From contig JBHGNT010000020.1 of NCBI GenBank assembly GCA_043228905.1, positions 14,756,001 to 14,820,000 of the forward strand: DNA of 64,000 bases, given 5' to 3'. The position numbers were made by a program, and so were the translations under genes. The DNA is from Azolla caroliniana (Eukaryota; Plantae; Polypodiophyta). The notes below the pieces were generated by a model, which did not search any database, had not been told where the DNA came from, and saw only the letters and a list, made by a program, of their open reading frames with translations. Shown here piece after piece: positions 11,601 to 23,730 of the stretch. Within the stretch, counting starts at the first letter, position 1. Each line of letters opens with the position of its first letter.

Positions 11601-14380
11601 ACGTGTTTTTCGGGTTTATTAACAAGTCTCCAAGGTAGTACTTCTTTCCTTTATTTTTATTTTTTCTTGAATTGTTTCGATCAGGGCTTCTTAGCATCAT
11701 GGAGTAATCACTATGTGTTCTTTGTGTTTCAATCACATAGAAACCAAACTTAGCATCATGGAGTAATCAATATGTGTTCTTTGTGTTTCAATCACATAGA
11801 AACCAAACTATGGAAGCAAATGGTTATTAACTATATGTTTATCCACACATTATTGTATCGAATTGTAGATATTTATATGAATTAGCATACCTGAAAACTA
11901 GACCTTTCTTTTGTAGGAGTGCTTGGGGTATCGTCCCACTAAAGTTGTTGTTTGCTAAGTTGCTAGAATATCATGTAAACATATCAAACTTCTGTTCAAA
12001 ATGTTTATACCAAATCATTCATGAGATGCTTACAGGTATGTTAGCTTTGGCAAATTTGAAAGCGAATCAGGAATTGTTCCGGTCAATTTGTTATTGCTTA
12101 AATCCCTGCAATACATTAAAGGTGTGATGACATGAATGTAAATCAGTGAAAATCTAATTCATGTGTAGCTATGCAAAATCACTTAAATAGTCTATTTAGT
12201 TTTAAAAAAATGAAAGAGAACTAGTCATACACGGTGTAATTTTTTTCCAAAATGAAGCTACTTTCCCATTAGTTAGGAAGAGATACACAGTGTAATTGTT
12301 TTACTTGAAGGACTCAAGATGATCCTATTAATATGTCATAGATATGTTTAGTAAACGCATGAGGGTTTATAAAAGAAAATGACCTTGTTATTTTGGAAAG
12401 CAAAATTGTTGTTTTCCATATCTATTCATATACATTGATACATTCATATATATTGTTGACACATTCATACATATTGTTAGCTAGAGCCAAGATTTTATTA
12501 CAGAGTGACGAGTTGATCTAGGTTACTGATGCTGCTTGGAATATTCCCCACCAGACTGTAGTTAGATAGCACTCTGCGTGAATATAAAACAAATTAACCC
12601 AAAATTAAAGTCAAACACCTATGTCGTTATTGCACAATTTAGAGGGCTGGTGATCTGAGTACACACAGAGATGTTACTCTAGCTGGATGAAGGCTGTCAG
12701 AAGAGTTACAATCGATCCAGGGATGCTTATATGTTTGTGGTAAGCATGGGTCGCCAATGAAGTCTCGTAAGGTGGGCAATGTGCTCGTGATGATGTCTTG
12801 TATAGCCAACACTATCAGAGCAATGTAAGGGAACAAAATTACACAGAATTAAGGAGATATGGTTGAGTTCCAATATTTACACAGTGGGACTTACGGTCGG
12901 TGCTAGAGGTGGGGTTCGTGGCATTAACAGGGTTGTCGAAGAGCTGGAAGACTTCCTCTGCAGCAACGGAAGGAGAGTATGTGGAGTAGGATTTAGCATC
13001 AGCTGCGATAACCACATTGTCTACATAGGGCCCCAAGGCCTTATTTGTTGGACTGTAGATCTCGTAAGCTGTGTAGCGGCCGACCTGATTGTAGATGTCG
13101 ACAGCATCTGCTAAGAAATCCCGATTGATGGTGAGATCGAACACTCGCATTCCGGCAGTGACATTTGGATAGAGCTCAACGAAGCCTAGCACCACAAAAT
13201 AGTAGTGGCTACCCAGGAGTGTGCTAGTGGTCAATATATCTGATGCTTTGCTTGGGTCGAAAGTGAACGCGGTAGCGTTAGAGACGTAATTGGTTTGCAT
13301 CACATTCTCTGGATGAAGATCATAAGACTTCTGGCCCACACGTATTGTTTGGCTAGTCGCATCTATATTTGACGCGTCAGTGTCCAATCTCCACCAGAAC
13401 CTGTCGATGGCGTCGTTCGGATACCTGATGCTCATGAAACAGTAGGTGGTATTGAGGGATTAATTCATCTTCCCAGCTACGGATCGTGTATAATACAAGA
13501 TACTTACTGACCTTAAGATAAGCGGATCCGACGATAACGCTCCGGAGTCCTCTCGCAGGATGGTCCGCAGCGCATAGTTTGTGTTCATGATCATTTCCAC
13601 TGGTTTCAATGTAGATGGGAGAGGACGCAACTCCAGAGAGTTTATGAAGGGCACATCGCTGCTGTCGGATGCGGCCGAGAGGCATACTGAGACCGACGAC
13701 GACCCGCTCTGCGCAGGGATGTACATCTCTTCGAACCACGGAAGTGCCTGAGGAAAGTTAATCACGATCTCGACGCCTTCGTACGTGTCCACGATGACAC
13801 GGAACCTGATCTGCCCGCTTACAAGGGTGCCGTATAATGCCTTTACACCCATCCAAAAGGAGGCACGGACCAAGTAGTAGGGGCCTCCGATGGTGGGCAG
13901 GGTGTAGCAGAACTTGCTCTTGTCCAGGGCCTTACTAATAGGGGGGAAATAGCGCAGAGTGCTATACTGCTTCTGGTCGGCAAAGTAGCCAGGCGGGCTT
14001 ACAGTAGCGATGGATGCCCAATTCCGGATGTCCGGCCAAATCATGGCATCCGGTGCCCATTGGATCCTGCTCACTGCATCTGTGTAGTTTCCCAACTCCG
14101 ACGACCCACAGTCGATGCTCAAGAACCCTGGCGAAATTCAAAATATCGGCATAGCCAAAAACCAAGAAACCACATACAGATCCATTAATCGGAAGGAGAC
14201 TAGTGTATAATTGTATACTGTATATAATTGTATCAAGAAAATCAATGAATACCCACCCGCTTCTTGAGCCATTGCCCAGAGTTTGCCTTGGTGGGTGGCA
14301 AGCATGACCATAATTAAGAAAACAGAAATATTCATCCATACACCATTTCTGCCATTTCTGCCATTCCGAAGCCCCTCCAT
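8444..14380 (-). CDS. Malectin-like domain LRR receptor-like kinase (LRR-I type), copy 1; 9 exons, 697 codons in window, rest of kinase not seen
   Basis: GT-AG exons in consistent phase: 14257-14380 (signal peptide), 13512-14127 (GFLSIDCG...LRYFP...FINSLELRPL), 12895-13424 (RYPNDAIDRFW), 12667-12811 (GDPCLP..HPWIDC), three 72-bp LRR exons 12502-12573, 12034-12105, 11891-11962, TM exon 8852-9078, kinase exon 8444-8676. Confidence 0.9.
8852..9078 (-). CDS. RLK copy 1 transmembrane exon
   Basis: YEGNNLLC...PKIGLIIGASVGVVLFVLIIIAAILCIVKRRKNR; canonical splice sites. Confidence 0.9.
9650..11135 (+). mobile_element. Old degenerate Tnt1-like copia remnant inside an RLK intron (also in copy 2 at ~30370-31700)
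   Basis: PKDDRSKLDDK...FIFLRYGDEEF (integrase C-terminus) at ~9730; GYTDADM at ~10995; many stops. Confidence 0.7.
10004..10391. repeat. Tandem duplication, 2 x ~194 bp, present only in copy 1
   Basis: tgatgaaaataagtgaatga... starts at 10004 and 10198; single unit at ~30713 in copy 2. Confidence 0.9.
11691..11808. repeat. Tandem duplication, 2 x 59 bp
   Basis: ttagcatcatggagtaatca...agaaaccaaac occurs twice; single in copy 2. Confidence 0.9.
12895..13424 (-). CDS. RLK copy 1 exon 3, malectin-like domain C-half
   Basis: ORF 12839-13435: RYPND..DRFW, PENVMQT, RVFDLTIN. Confidence 0.9.
13512..14127 (-). CDS. RLK copy 1 exon 2, malectin-like domain N-half
   Basis: ORF 13460-14122: SIDCG, YSTLRYFP, CYTL, YLVRASF, VCL, PFINSLELRPL; AG acceptor and GT donor. 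Confidence 0.9.
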
Positions 14381-15193
14381 TGTGATGAGGATCGATGATT
14401 AGCTACGGATGAGGTGGCGAGGAAAATAAATAGATGTGACTTAATCAAACAACCACAGGTCTAGTTAATCCCACCCAATTATTGATCAAACTTTGGATTC
14501 TATGGTTCTAGCTCATTAGGTAGCCATCAGCGTCATCTCTTTATGTGAATTCAACATCAGCCAGCGAGGCGTTGACATAATGATTGTGCGCTGCAAGCTT
14601 AACACAGTTCGATTCCAAAGGGACAAATTCGTTAAAACAAATAAGAAATTTGAGACTCAAAAGTAAGTATCATGCAACCAGATTTAAACTATATACATTT
14701 GACTTTTTAGAGTACTGCCCCAAAGCACAGACTTTACCTAGTACCTGTGTTAATGCTAGAAGGAATCCGTCTTAGGCTCTTGCTACCTATCTTTTGCTGT
14801 TGATTATTATGGGGTAGTTTCACATAGTGAGATCTAGATCCTGACTTTCATTCATCTCTTAATGATGATGGAGAATGACCCCATTATTTTTCTGTGCAAA
14901 TAATTTCTGTTTTTAATTATGAGCTATATACAAAAATGGAACCACTGTATGGTTAGGGTCAATTCATGAGGAAGTGAAGGCGTAGAGAGCATGACTAAAG
15001 AACAGACTCTCTGAACTTTCGTCACTTTTCGATCAAATCCATAGATTGCGGACTTGTGGCCAAGCCTTTAGCAAGTACGGACAAACGCCTCCATCTTATC
15101 CGCATTCAGCTAAGACTTTACTAAAGAAAGGTATGGTTTTTTAAATTAGAGTTTTTTTTTGAAGTCAATGCCTGATAGTGGAGAACCATTCCC

Positions 15194-15640
15194 TGCTAAG
15201 GCAGTGAGAGATAGATAGTGAGAAAAGCCAAAAAAGGTAATTCTCAGTATTTATCACTAAGGTATATAAGTTAATAGAAACGAGGGTTTTTAAATAAAAT
15301 TTTCAGTGTTTTTTTTTTTTTTTTTGTGCTGTCTTGTGTGTGTGTTGATCTCTTGCTTGTCTGTGCAGGAAAAACAGCAGCTCGTTCGTTCCCGTTGCTC
15401 CTCCAACAGTGGTATCAGAGCACAGGACTAAGTGAAGACAGTGTGCGTGGTAGAAATCATTCGATTTCTCTGTTTTTGCCCCTCTGCTCTGTTTTTCAAG
15501 ATTCTTTGAGTAGAGGTAATATCCAGTACTTGCTTCTATAGTAACTCATTTTCGAGCCTATTTTTGGGCGAAATAGACCTTTAAAAGGTATCTTTGCTTA
15601 TCCAAACCTAGAAACATAGAGGACTCAGCGGTTTCTAGTA
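15194..15640 (+). mobile_element. Truncated LTR element: ~215-bp LTR (15194-15408), tRNA-iMet PBS and leader
   Basis: TG...ccaaCA followed by gtggtatcagagc (15409-15421); TATA-like gtatataag at ~15262. Confidence 0.7.
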
Positions 15641-16291
15641 TATAAAAGAGAGGATTTACACGTTAAATACTTGCATTTCTAGTCTATCTCATTGAAAACC
15701 CTATCTTAATGAACACTACTTTTGTTTAATCTCTCTCTCAATCTTATGGTTATGTTTTAATTTTATTTAGTGTTTTATTATTAGTGTTTTGATCCCTCAT
15801 CTTCCTCTCACTTCCCACTATCTCTTCTAATCCTCGCCTACACCAAGCTTTGTCTACGATTCGGGTGTGCTCAAATTGATCTTGGTGGTCTCGTCTCCCT
15901 CTCGACTTGTCTACAACCGACCGATGATTTCACCGTTCCGACCGAACGGTCAACAAAAAATCATGAAGAGATAATAGTATATAAAAGAGAGGATTTACAC
16001 GTTAAATACTTGCATTTGTTTTCATGCTTGCTCAATTGATGTGAGATTGTGATATTGGAAATTGCGTCTTAGTCACATTCCATTGCAAGTATAGACAAAA
16101 GCAAAGATTTTAGTAGAGAAAGATATGGTTTTTCAAATTAGATTAGTTTTTTGAAGTCAATCCCTAATAGTGGAGTGTGGGAAATCGTCTTCATAAGAAA
16201 GTAATAAATAATATTAATATTAATTAATTAATTATTTTTCCTGATCTTATTTTCCACACTTCCCCCTAAAAATTTCAAAATTAATACTCAC

Positions 16292-16406
16292 CCGCTTCTT
16301 GAGCCATTGCGCAAAGGTTGCCTTGGTGGGTGGTAAGCATGACCATAATTAAGAAAACAGAAATATTCATCCATACACCATTTCTGCCATTCCGAAGCCC
16401 CGCCAT
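16292..16406 (-). CDS. Second copy of RLK exon 1 (signal peptide) with duplicated promoter; possible alternative first exon
   Basis: MAGLRNGRNGVWMNISVFLIMVMLTTHQGNLCAMAQEA, then G|GTGAGT donor in the same phase as exon 1; upstream 16410-17150 plus 21946-22226 resembles 14385-15183. Confidence 0.7.
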
Positions 16407-17152
16407 TGTCATGACGATCGATGATTAGCTACAAATGAGGTGACGAGGAAAATAGATGTGAGTTAATCAAACAACCACAGGCGTAGTTAATCAAACTTTT
16501 GATTCTATGGTTCTCGCTCATTGGGAAGCCATCAACGTCATCTCTTTATGTTCAGCATGATCCAACGAGGCGTTGACATAATGATTGTGAATTGTCAGCT
16601 TAACACAATTTGATTCCAAAGGACTAATTTGTTAAAACAAATAAGATATTTTAGATTATGAAAAGTTAAAAGCATGCAACCAGAGTTTAGTTATATATAT
16701 TTGACTTTTTAGAGTAATGCCCCAAAGTACAGACTTTAACTGCCTATGTGAATGCTATATGGAGTCCATCTGTCTTAGGCTCTTCCTACTTATCTTTTGT
16801 CTACCTATGTGAATGCTATTTACCTACCTATGTGAATGCTATATGGAATCGATCTCTCTTAGGCTCTTTCTACTTATCCTTGGTGTTGATACCCATACCC
16901 ACATAAAGCGGACCACCCAAAGAACAGGGATAGGATTGATTTAGTGAGGTTTCCTAGGTAAGAGGTTCAACATTGTACTCCAATGACTCATACTTGTGCC
17001 AAGATCAAAATTCCCAAGGATGGTTAGCATGAAATCTAGATCCTTGACTTGCATGAATCTCTTAATTATTATGGGGTAGTTTCACATGTTGAGATCTATA
17101 TCTTGACTTGCATATATCTCTTAATTATGAGGAAGAAATGAATTGCAAGTAT

Positions 17153-20100
17153 TGTTATGTGTGGGGACCACACTAGGTGGTTTGTTCCCAAGAGGAACCA
17201 ACAAACTTGTAACTAACTAGGGGTAGAGCCAAGAAATGTGGGAAACCTTATAAAGAGAGGTGCCTACCAAGAGACAAAGGGAGTGGAAATGAGCACATTA
17301 CATTGGTGGAAATAACGGGCATTTTTAGATCAACCACCGTCGCACACACCCACTGATCATCACACAGAAGCAGCCCATTGATCATCACACACAAGTATCC
17401 CACTGATCATCATACAGAGGCAGCCACTGAGCCCACAAGTAACCTGCCGAGAAGACACAAATTCAAGTGAGCATCAACTACACAAAGATGCAGACATCAG
17501 ATTTCAACAACATAATGAGTATGCAACTAGAGCTCGTGGAACAGAGCTCTCCAAGCAATGCAACCGAGCAAATGCTTCAAACTATGTCAACAATGATGAT
17601 GCAGGTAAACCACACTAATCAAACAATAATGAATTGGTTAACTAATCAATCACAACACAGAGAAATAGAAGGACTCACGAATTAGACCACGATCATTTTC
17701 CGGCCTGCCAACAGAAGACGTATTGGCTTGGCTACATCACTTTGATAATGTCGTCGGCTATCATCAATGGAGTGATGACAAAAAAGCCCTAGAACTACGC
17801 ATGGTATTGGAAAATGTCACACCAACCTGGTTTATTCAACAACCAGAAGAAGTAAAACAGGGTTTAGGGTCATACATGCGCGAACAACAGGGTTTAGGGC
17901 CAATAACGATATAACACAAACACCCCTACAACAATTACGTAACATGCGTCAACAAACACATGAACTAGTAGCACAGTTTGCAGTCAGATTAAAACAACTC
18001 TTACTAAGAGTAGATCCAAACATGAAAGAGACTATGAAACTATATTTCTTGCTGCCAAGGCTGAGACATGACATCTATAGGAGAGTAAAAGATCAAGGGC
18101 CGACAACCTTCCAAATGGTTGTACAGATTGCCCAACATATATAAGCACTTGATTACATGGAATTGTTGCAGGCACCTACAATGCCACAACAAAACAATTA
18201 GAAGCATTAAGTCGAATCCACAGCATGCCCGATGGATATTGACATCCAAAACGCACAAATTAATTCTTAGAAGCAACTTCCAAGTCGAGGCACTTAGGGA
18301 CGCCCCCGTTGTTTTTACTGCAATAATTATGGTCATGTTAAGAAATATTGCAGGAAATTCGCTGCATCTAGACACCATCAAAACGCACAAATCCAGTTGG
18401 CCGATTCCACATCTCTTGCCGACATACAGGAAAACATCAACACGGGACGTTGAAGGAAGAGCAACTCCTGCACTTCCAAGTTGCTACATCTTCCAGTTGA
18501 ATAGTCTGCTTCAGAATAGCATTTATTCAGAATACATCACATGAAGCATTACTAGATTCAGGTAGCACAATCTCTTCAATTAGTTTAGATATAGCTAATC
18601 AATTGCAATTACCAACATCATACTGATTCATGTAATTTTTGGCGACAAGCAAAAACTCTATAAATCATTCACACACGCACATTGCACTTTCACACAAGCA
18701 CAACATACTTTCGTCCATTCATTCTATGTCCTGCCAAAACAACTCTTTCCTTTAACATTAGGATGTGATTGGTTTGTTAAGCATGGGGCCCAATTGCATT
18801 TTGACACACAGACATTAGTTCTTCCACATCTTAGGCCTTTCACCACAATTCCCCTTCTTAACACACCTCATACTAGCACACAGATCATGCATACTCAAAT
18901 CCAAATAGAGCCAGCACAATCACGTTTAGCCGATCTCCATCGCCTACTCGGGAAGTTCTCGAAAATGTTTATGAAGATAGAAAAAACAACTCAAGCAACT
19001 TTACAAGTGCAACATGCCATACCCACAATAGACTCTCCTCCGATGCGAATGGCAACTAGAAGGCGGTCAACACTTGATCATCAACGGATAAACACTGCAG
19101 TCCAAGAAATGCTCCAAAAGGATATTTTTGAGTCGTCTAGGAGTGAATGGGTATGAGCACCTCACCTGGTCAAAAAAGATGAATGTACATTCAGATTTTG
19201 CATTGATTTCAGATTACTAAATAAAATTACAAAGCATGACAGATATCCATTACCACGCATCGACGATTTAATCAACCAACTCGGTAAGTCAAGATACTTT
19301 ACATCCTTGGATCTGGCTTCAAGGTACTGGCAAATACCCCTACGACTTGAAGATAAACACAAGACAACTTTTAGAACACAGCATGGCTTATACCGATTTA
19401 AGAGAATGCCCTTCGGATTATCAGATGCAGGCAACACATTCCAACGAATGGTGAACACCATTTTTCAAGTCCTAATCCATAAAGGAGTCATACTGGTCTA
19501 TCTTGACGATATATTGATACACACTGCTCACTGGTCGCAACATATTCAAGTTCTACAAGAAGTCCTTCTACACATCCAAAAATATAACCTATAACTACAA
19601 TTTAAGAAGTGCAAATGGGGAGCAACGGAATTACGATTTTTAAGATTCATGATATCCTCAAAAGTCATCCAACTCGACCCTACTAAGATACGAGCCATTG
19701 CTAATTATCCAACGCCAAGCAGCATCAAGTCCCTACAAAGCTTCCTTGGCCTTGTGAACTTTTCACTACGGTTTATTCCTAACCTAGCCATGGTCACAAC
19801 TCCCTTAAGATTACTATTGAAAAAAGGATCAAAATATCAGTGGTCAGCAGATTGTACACAAAGTTTTGAGAAACTCAAAAGATTAATCAAGGATGCTGGA
19901 ACCTTGGCATTCCCAGACTTTAGCAGAGTCTTCCGCCTTCAAACAGATGCTTCCAATTATGGAATAGGTGTTGTGCTCCTGCAACAAGATGACAATGACG
20001 ACTGGCAACCGATAGCATACATCAGTAGAGCATTGAAGAAATCAGAACAAAACTACTCTACGACAGAAAAAGAGTTCTTGGCAATTGTTTGGGCATTCCA

Positions 20101-21945
20101 GAAGTTCCACCCTTACCTGCCTGGAACATCCATTCAAGTAGAAACAGATCACTAGCCATTGGTATCACTCATCCAAAAAACTCACCCACCGGGAAGACTA
20201 CTATGATGGGCTCTCGCTTTGCAAGAATACAGTTTTACAATGATTTATCGGAGAGGAGCATCCAACACAGTTGCTGATGCTTTATCTCGGATGGAGTACC
20301 ATGCCGCACAATGGGCGGAGGATGCCAATGACCTCCCATTTCAGCCACAGCAAATAGCACAAATGTAACAGCAAGACCCTGTGATCAAGGACCTCATCCT
20401 ACAAATACAGAATAGCCATGACAAGCAGGTATACCGTCATTTTGTTTTAATTGACAACATACTCCATTTTATTAGTCATTTCGGTTTCCATAAGCTCCTC
20501 CATCGCATTCGTTCAATGTATTATCTCTACATTCCTACAAGCATGCCCCACATGTCAGACCGTAAAAACCCCACAGTCCACATACGGCACCTTGACACCC
20601 ATTGAATTCAAGGAACCTTTTGAGTGGTGGGATGGGACCTCATGGGCCTGTTTCCAACATCAATACAAGGAAACAAATATATTTTGGTAATAACAGAATA
20701 CTTGACACGTTGGTGCGAAGTTGTTGCCTTACCGGATGCAACAACAAATACGGTCGCCAACGCCCTTCTACAAAGGGTGATTTTTCCTCACGGATGCCCT
20801 CACCAAATTCTTTCAGATCAAGGATCACAGTTCCGAAGCGAAGTGATGCAAGTTCTCACGTAGAGTTTGGGAATAAAGCAGTTGTTTGCATCTTATCATA
20901 TCATCCCCAGACTAACGGCCTTAGAGCGAATGAATAAAACCATTAAACAGATAATTGCAGCCTATGTTGATCCTTTACATCAATCATGGGATCAAGTATT
21001 GCCATTCGTGGTACACGCATACAATACCTCGGTACAAGAATCCACGAAGATGAGTCCATTCAGGGCATTGTATGGCCGCGATCCTCATCTCCCACTAGAC
21101 CCACACACCATAAAAGTCAACCCACATCATAGTGATGCCACTTCGTGGTGATTATACCTACAATCAAAGATGCCTCTTCTCCGACGAGCCATTCAATATA
21201 ATTTGAGTAAAGACCAACAACGACAAAAGAAGTATTTCGACAAATCACATAGGCCAACCACACTCAACATCGATGAATATGTTAGAGTCTATTACCGGGT
21301 ACGGAAAAAGGGTCATTGTGAATCATTCATGCATAGATGGTTAGGACCATAGATCATATCGCACATAGGCTCGAACACATACTGGTTGCGTCAAGTTGAT
21401 AAATCAACGGAAATAGTCACACATGTCTCATGGATTAGGCGCATACATCCCCCACTTGAGAATCTCCACCCCGACGACACCAGAGAAGACTCCACGGGTG
21501 TGTCGCAGCCATCGACACACCTGGATATATCCACAATCGATGACTCCACAGGTCTGTCGCAACCATCGACACACCTGGATGTATCCACAGTCGAGGTGCA
21601 AGCGCATCCTTCACTCCGCATCAGACCATAGCCACCCACAATCGTGACACCATCGATAGTGTCACAATCAACATCCCTGATAGGCATTGCACAGTGACAT
21701 TAGTAGTCCAAAACCCTCACTGCACAGTGGAGAAAAGAAAAGCAAAGGAATAAGTGACTAGGTCCTAATATGTAAATTTTTCTAAACGGGGGAGGTGTCA
21801 TGTGTGGGGACCACACTAGGTGGTTTGGTCCCAAGAGGAACCAACAAACTTGTAACTAACTAGGGGTAGAGCCAAGAAATGTGGGAAACCTTATAAAGAG
21901 AGGTGCCTACCAAGAGACAAAAGGACTGGAAATGAGCACATTACA
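17153..21945 (+). mobile_element. Near full-length Ty3/gypsy retrotransposon (4.8 kb, 150-bp LTRs, tRNA-Ala-type PBS), degenerate gag-PR-RT-RH-INT
   Basis: LTRs 17153-17302 and 21796-21945 (TG...CA, 4 differences); PBS tggtggaaataacgggca at 17304; PPT aaacgggggagg; protease ALLDSGS (~18547); RT YLDD (19307-19594); RNase H LQTDAS...EKEFLAIVWA; integrase WDLMG...SDQGSQF; flanks gtat/atat. Confidence 0.95.
21489..21596 (+). repeat. Two 54-bp tandem units at the end of the gypsy pol (18-aa repeat DSTG.SQPSTHLD.ST..)
   Basis: gactccac.ggt.tgtcgca.ccatcgacacacctggat.tatccaca repeated. Confidence 0.85.
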
Positions 21946-22226
21946 ATATACGACCCCATTATTCCTTTGTGAAATAATTTGTGATTTTAATTATGTCCTA
22001 CAAAAAAAATGGAAGCATTGTATGGTTAGGGTTTAGCTGATTCCTATGTGGGTCAACTCATGCGGAAGTGAAACTCTGAACTTTCATTGTATATCAATCA
22101 AATCCATAGAACGTGGACATGTGGACAAGCCTTTTGCAAGTATAGACAAAAGCAAAGACTTTAGTAGAGAAAGAAATGGTTTTTAAAATTAGATTTGCTT
22201 TTTGAGGTTAATGCCTAATAGTGGAG

Positions 22227-22692
22227 TGTAGGAAACCGTCTTCATAAGAAAAGTAATAAATAATACTAATATTATTTATTTATTTATTTATTTCTCTCAT
22301 AATATTATTTTCCACACTCCCCTCTGAAATTGTCTAGAAGTGTAGTTTTTCATTTTTGTCTTCAATTACATCAATTAATCCAACTTCCTTGCAACAAATA
22401 ATGTGTTTAGAATGTTGGAGAGGTTTTGTTAGAAAATCCGCCCACATATGATGAGTGGGAGCAAACTTTAGCTCTATTTTCTTTGTTTCAATGAATCACG
22501 AAGAAAGTGATGTGCCAAATCCACATGACATATATTATTACTCATCTTGGGATTGTTGGCTAGCTTGATGCAAAATTGATTATCACAAAACAAAGGAATA
22601 GTAAATAGTTTAAATTCTTCGAGCGTTTATTTAATCCATATGCCTTATTTAATTGCTAAAGCTGCGACAACATATTCAACTTCAGTAGTTTG
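22227..22692 (-). mobile_element. Old copia (family D) 3' end: RNase H C-terminus, PPT and ~90-bp 3' LTR (22227-22316)
   Basis: Minus strand TEVEYV...CDNQFCIKLANNP...MWADFLTKPL; PPT agaggggag; LTR tgtggaaa...ttcctaca; second LTR copy at ~16176-16258. Confidence 0.75.
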
Positions 22693-23414
22693 TGTTATAA
22701 TCGTGACCGGCCACAATCGTTCATATTCGTGAGTAGAAAACTATGAAGTAGTACTCAAATAGAAAAATGTAAAGACACAGAGACATCGATCTTTTACGTG
22801 GAAAACCTGAAATGGGAAAACCCACAGGGGTCCACAAACCCCAAAAAAACAAATCACTATAGTAAAGGGGAAGTACAAGTATAGAACTCGAAGGCAACGA
22901 CCTTGAGTTCTGCTTCATCTAACAAACGACTACAGAGTAACACTCTCACTCTCTCACTCACAGTTACAAAGGCAACTACCTCGTTCTAACTTTTCAATAA
23001 TGATCAACTACATCTTACTAAAGTTTGCACTAGTTGCTTATAAACAAAAGCAACTTTCTGGCTATTTACAAGTATAGCCCACAAAGGGCATTTTAGACTA
23101 TTTACAATTATAGTCTTCCGAAATGATTTCGATTTTGGTTTCGGCTGAGGCCGAGATACTTACCAACACGGTACTTCTCTTCCCATCCGGAGGGACATGT
23201 TTCCCAACAAAATCCCCCTTCACTCCGGCATGGGGTACTTCACCAAACCGACTCTCTATTGGCACACGTTCAGGTTTTCGGTTGACAGCACCATCATCAG
23301 CATATCCGATCCGTTTTCGGCCGTGTGGATCTTCACTAGAGCGAACTCCCTTTCTACTACCCTCTCCTGGAGCCAATGTTACCTGTGTTGGATGTGCTTT
23401 GTCCTTGAGTGGTA
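22693..23414 (-). mobile_element. Tnt1-like copia (family B) 3' LTR (22693-23209) plus end of RNase H, cut at the duplication junction
   Basis: LTR matches 34526-35035 and 42169-42693; same left flank gtttg; PPT ggagtgaagggggattt. Confidence 0.9.
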
Positions 23415-23730
23415 CAAGTACGAGTACGGAAGCAATTCATCCCAAGTGATAAGACCTCAAGGAGGGTGGAGGAATGGAGGGTTTTCCCTCAATCAATTAG
23501 GAAATGAGACCCTAAGAAAGAAAGGGGTTCTTCTCAAGAGTTGAGAGTACAAATGGAAACCGCGATCATGACTGAGATGGAAACGATGGACTTGAACCAA
23601 CCGACTAGATCAATGCAAAGGTCGAAGAGTCACCAAATCTGGAGCTCAAGATCGAAGAAGAGATCCAGAGGAATGGAATGATGAGGTCAAGATCGAGGTG
23701 GAGGTGGAAATGACCAAGTTGGGAGAAAAA
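23415..23730 (+). mobile_element. Gypsy family X gag relic, duplicate of ~2490-2780
   Basis: Direct similarity, e.g. cggaagcaattcat...gagaccctaag...gatggaaa.gatggactt. Confidence 0.7.

Noticed and set aside
12285-12360. Possible fourth LRR exon of the RLK
   Set aside because: Weak LIGS..KQLH resemblance only; in-frame stop and no clear acceptor; the gene stays in phase without it
17855-17900. Interstitial telomere (TTTAGGG)
   Set aside because: Only two isolated units from a small local duplication in gag
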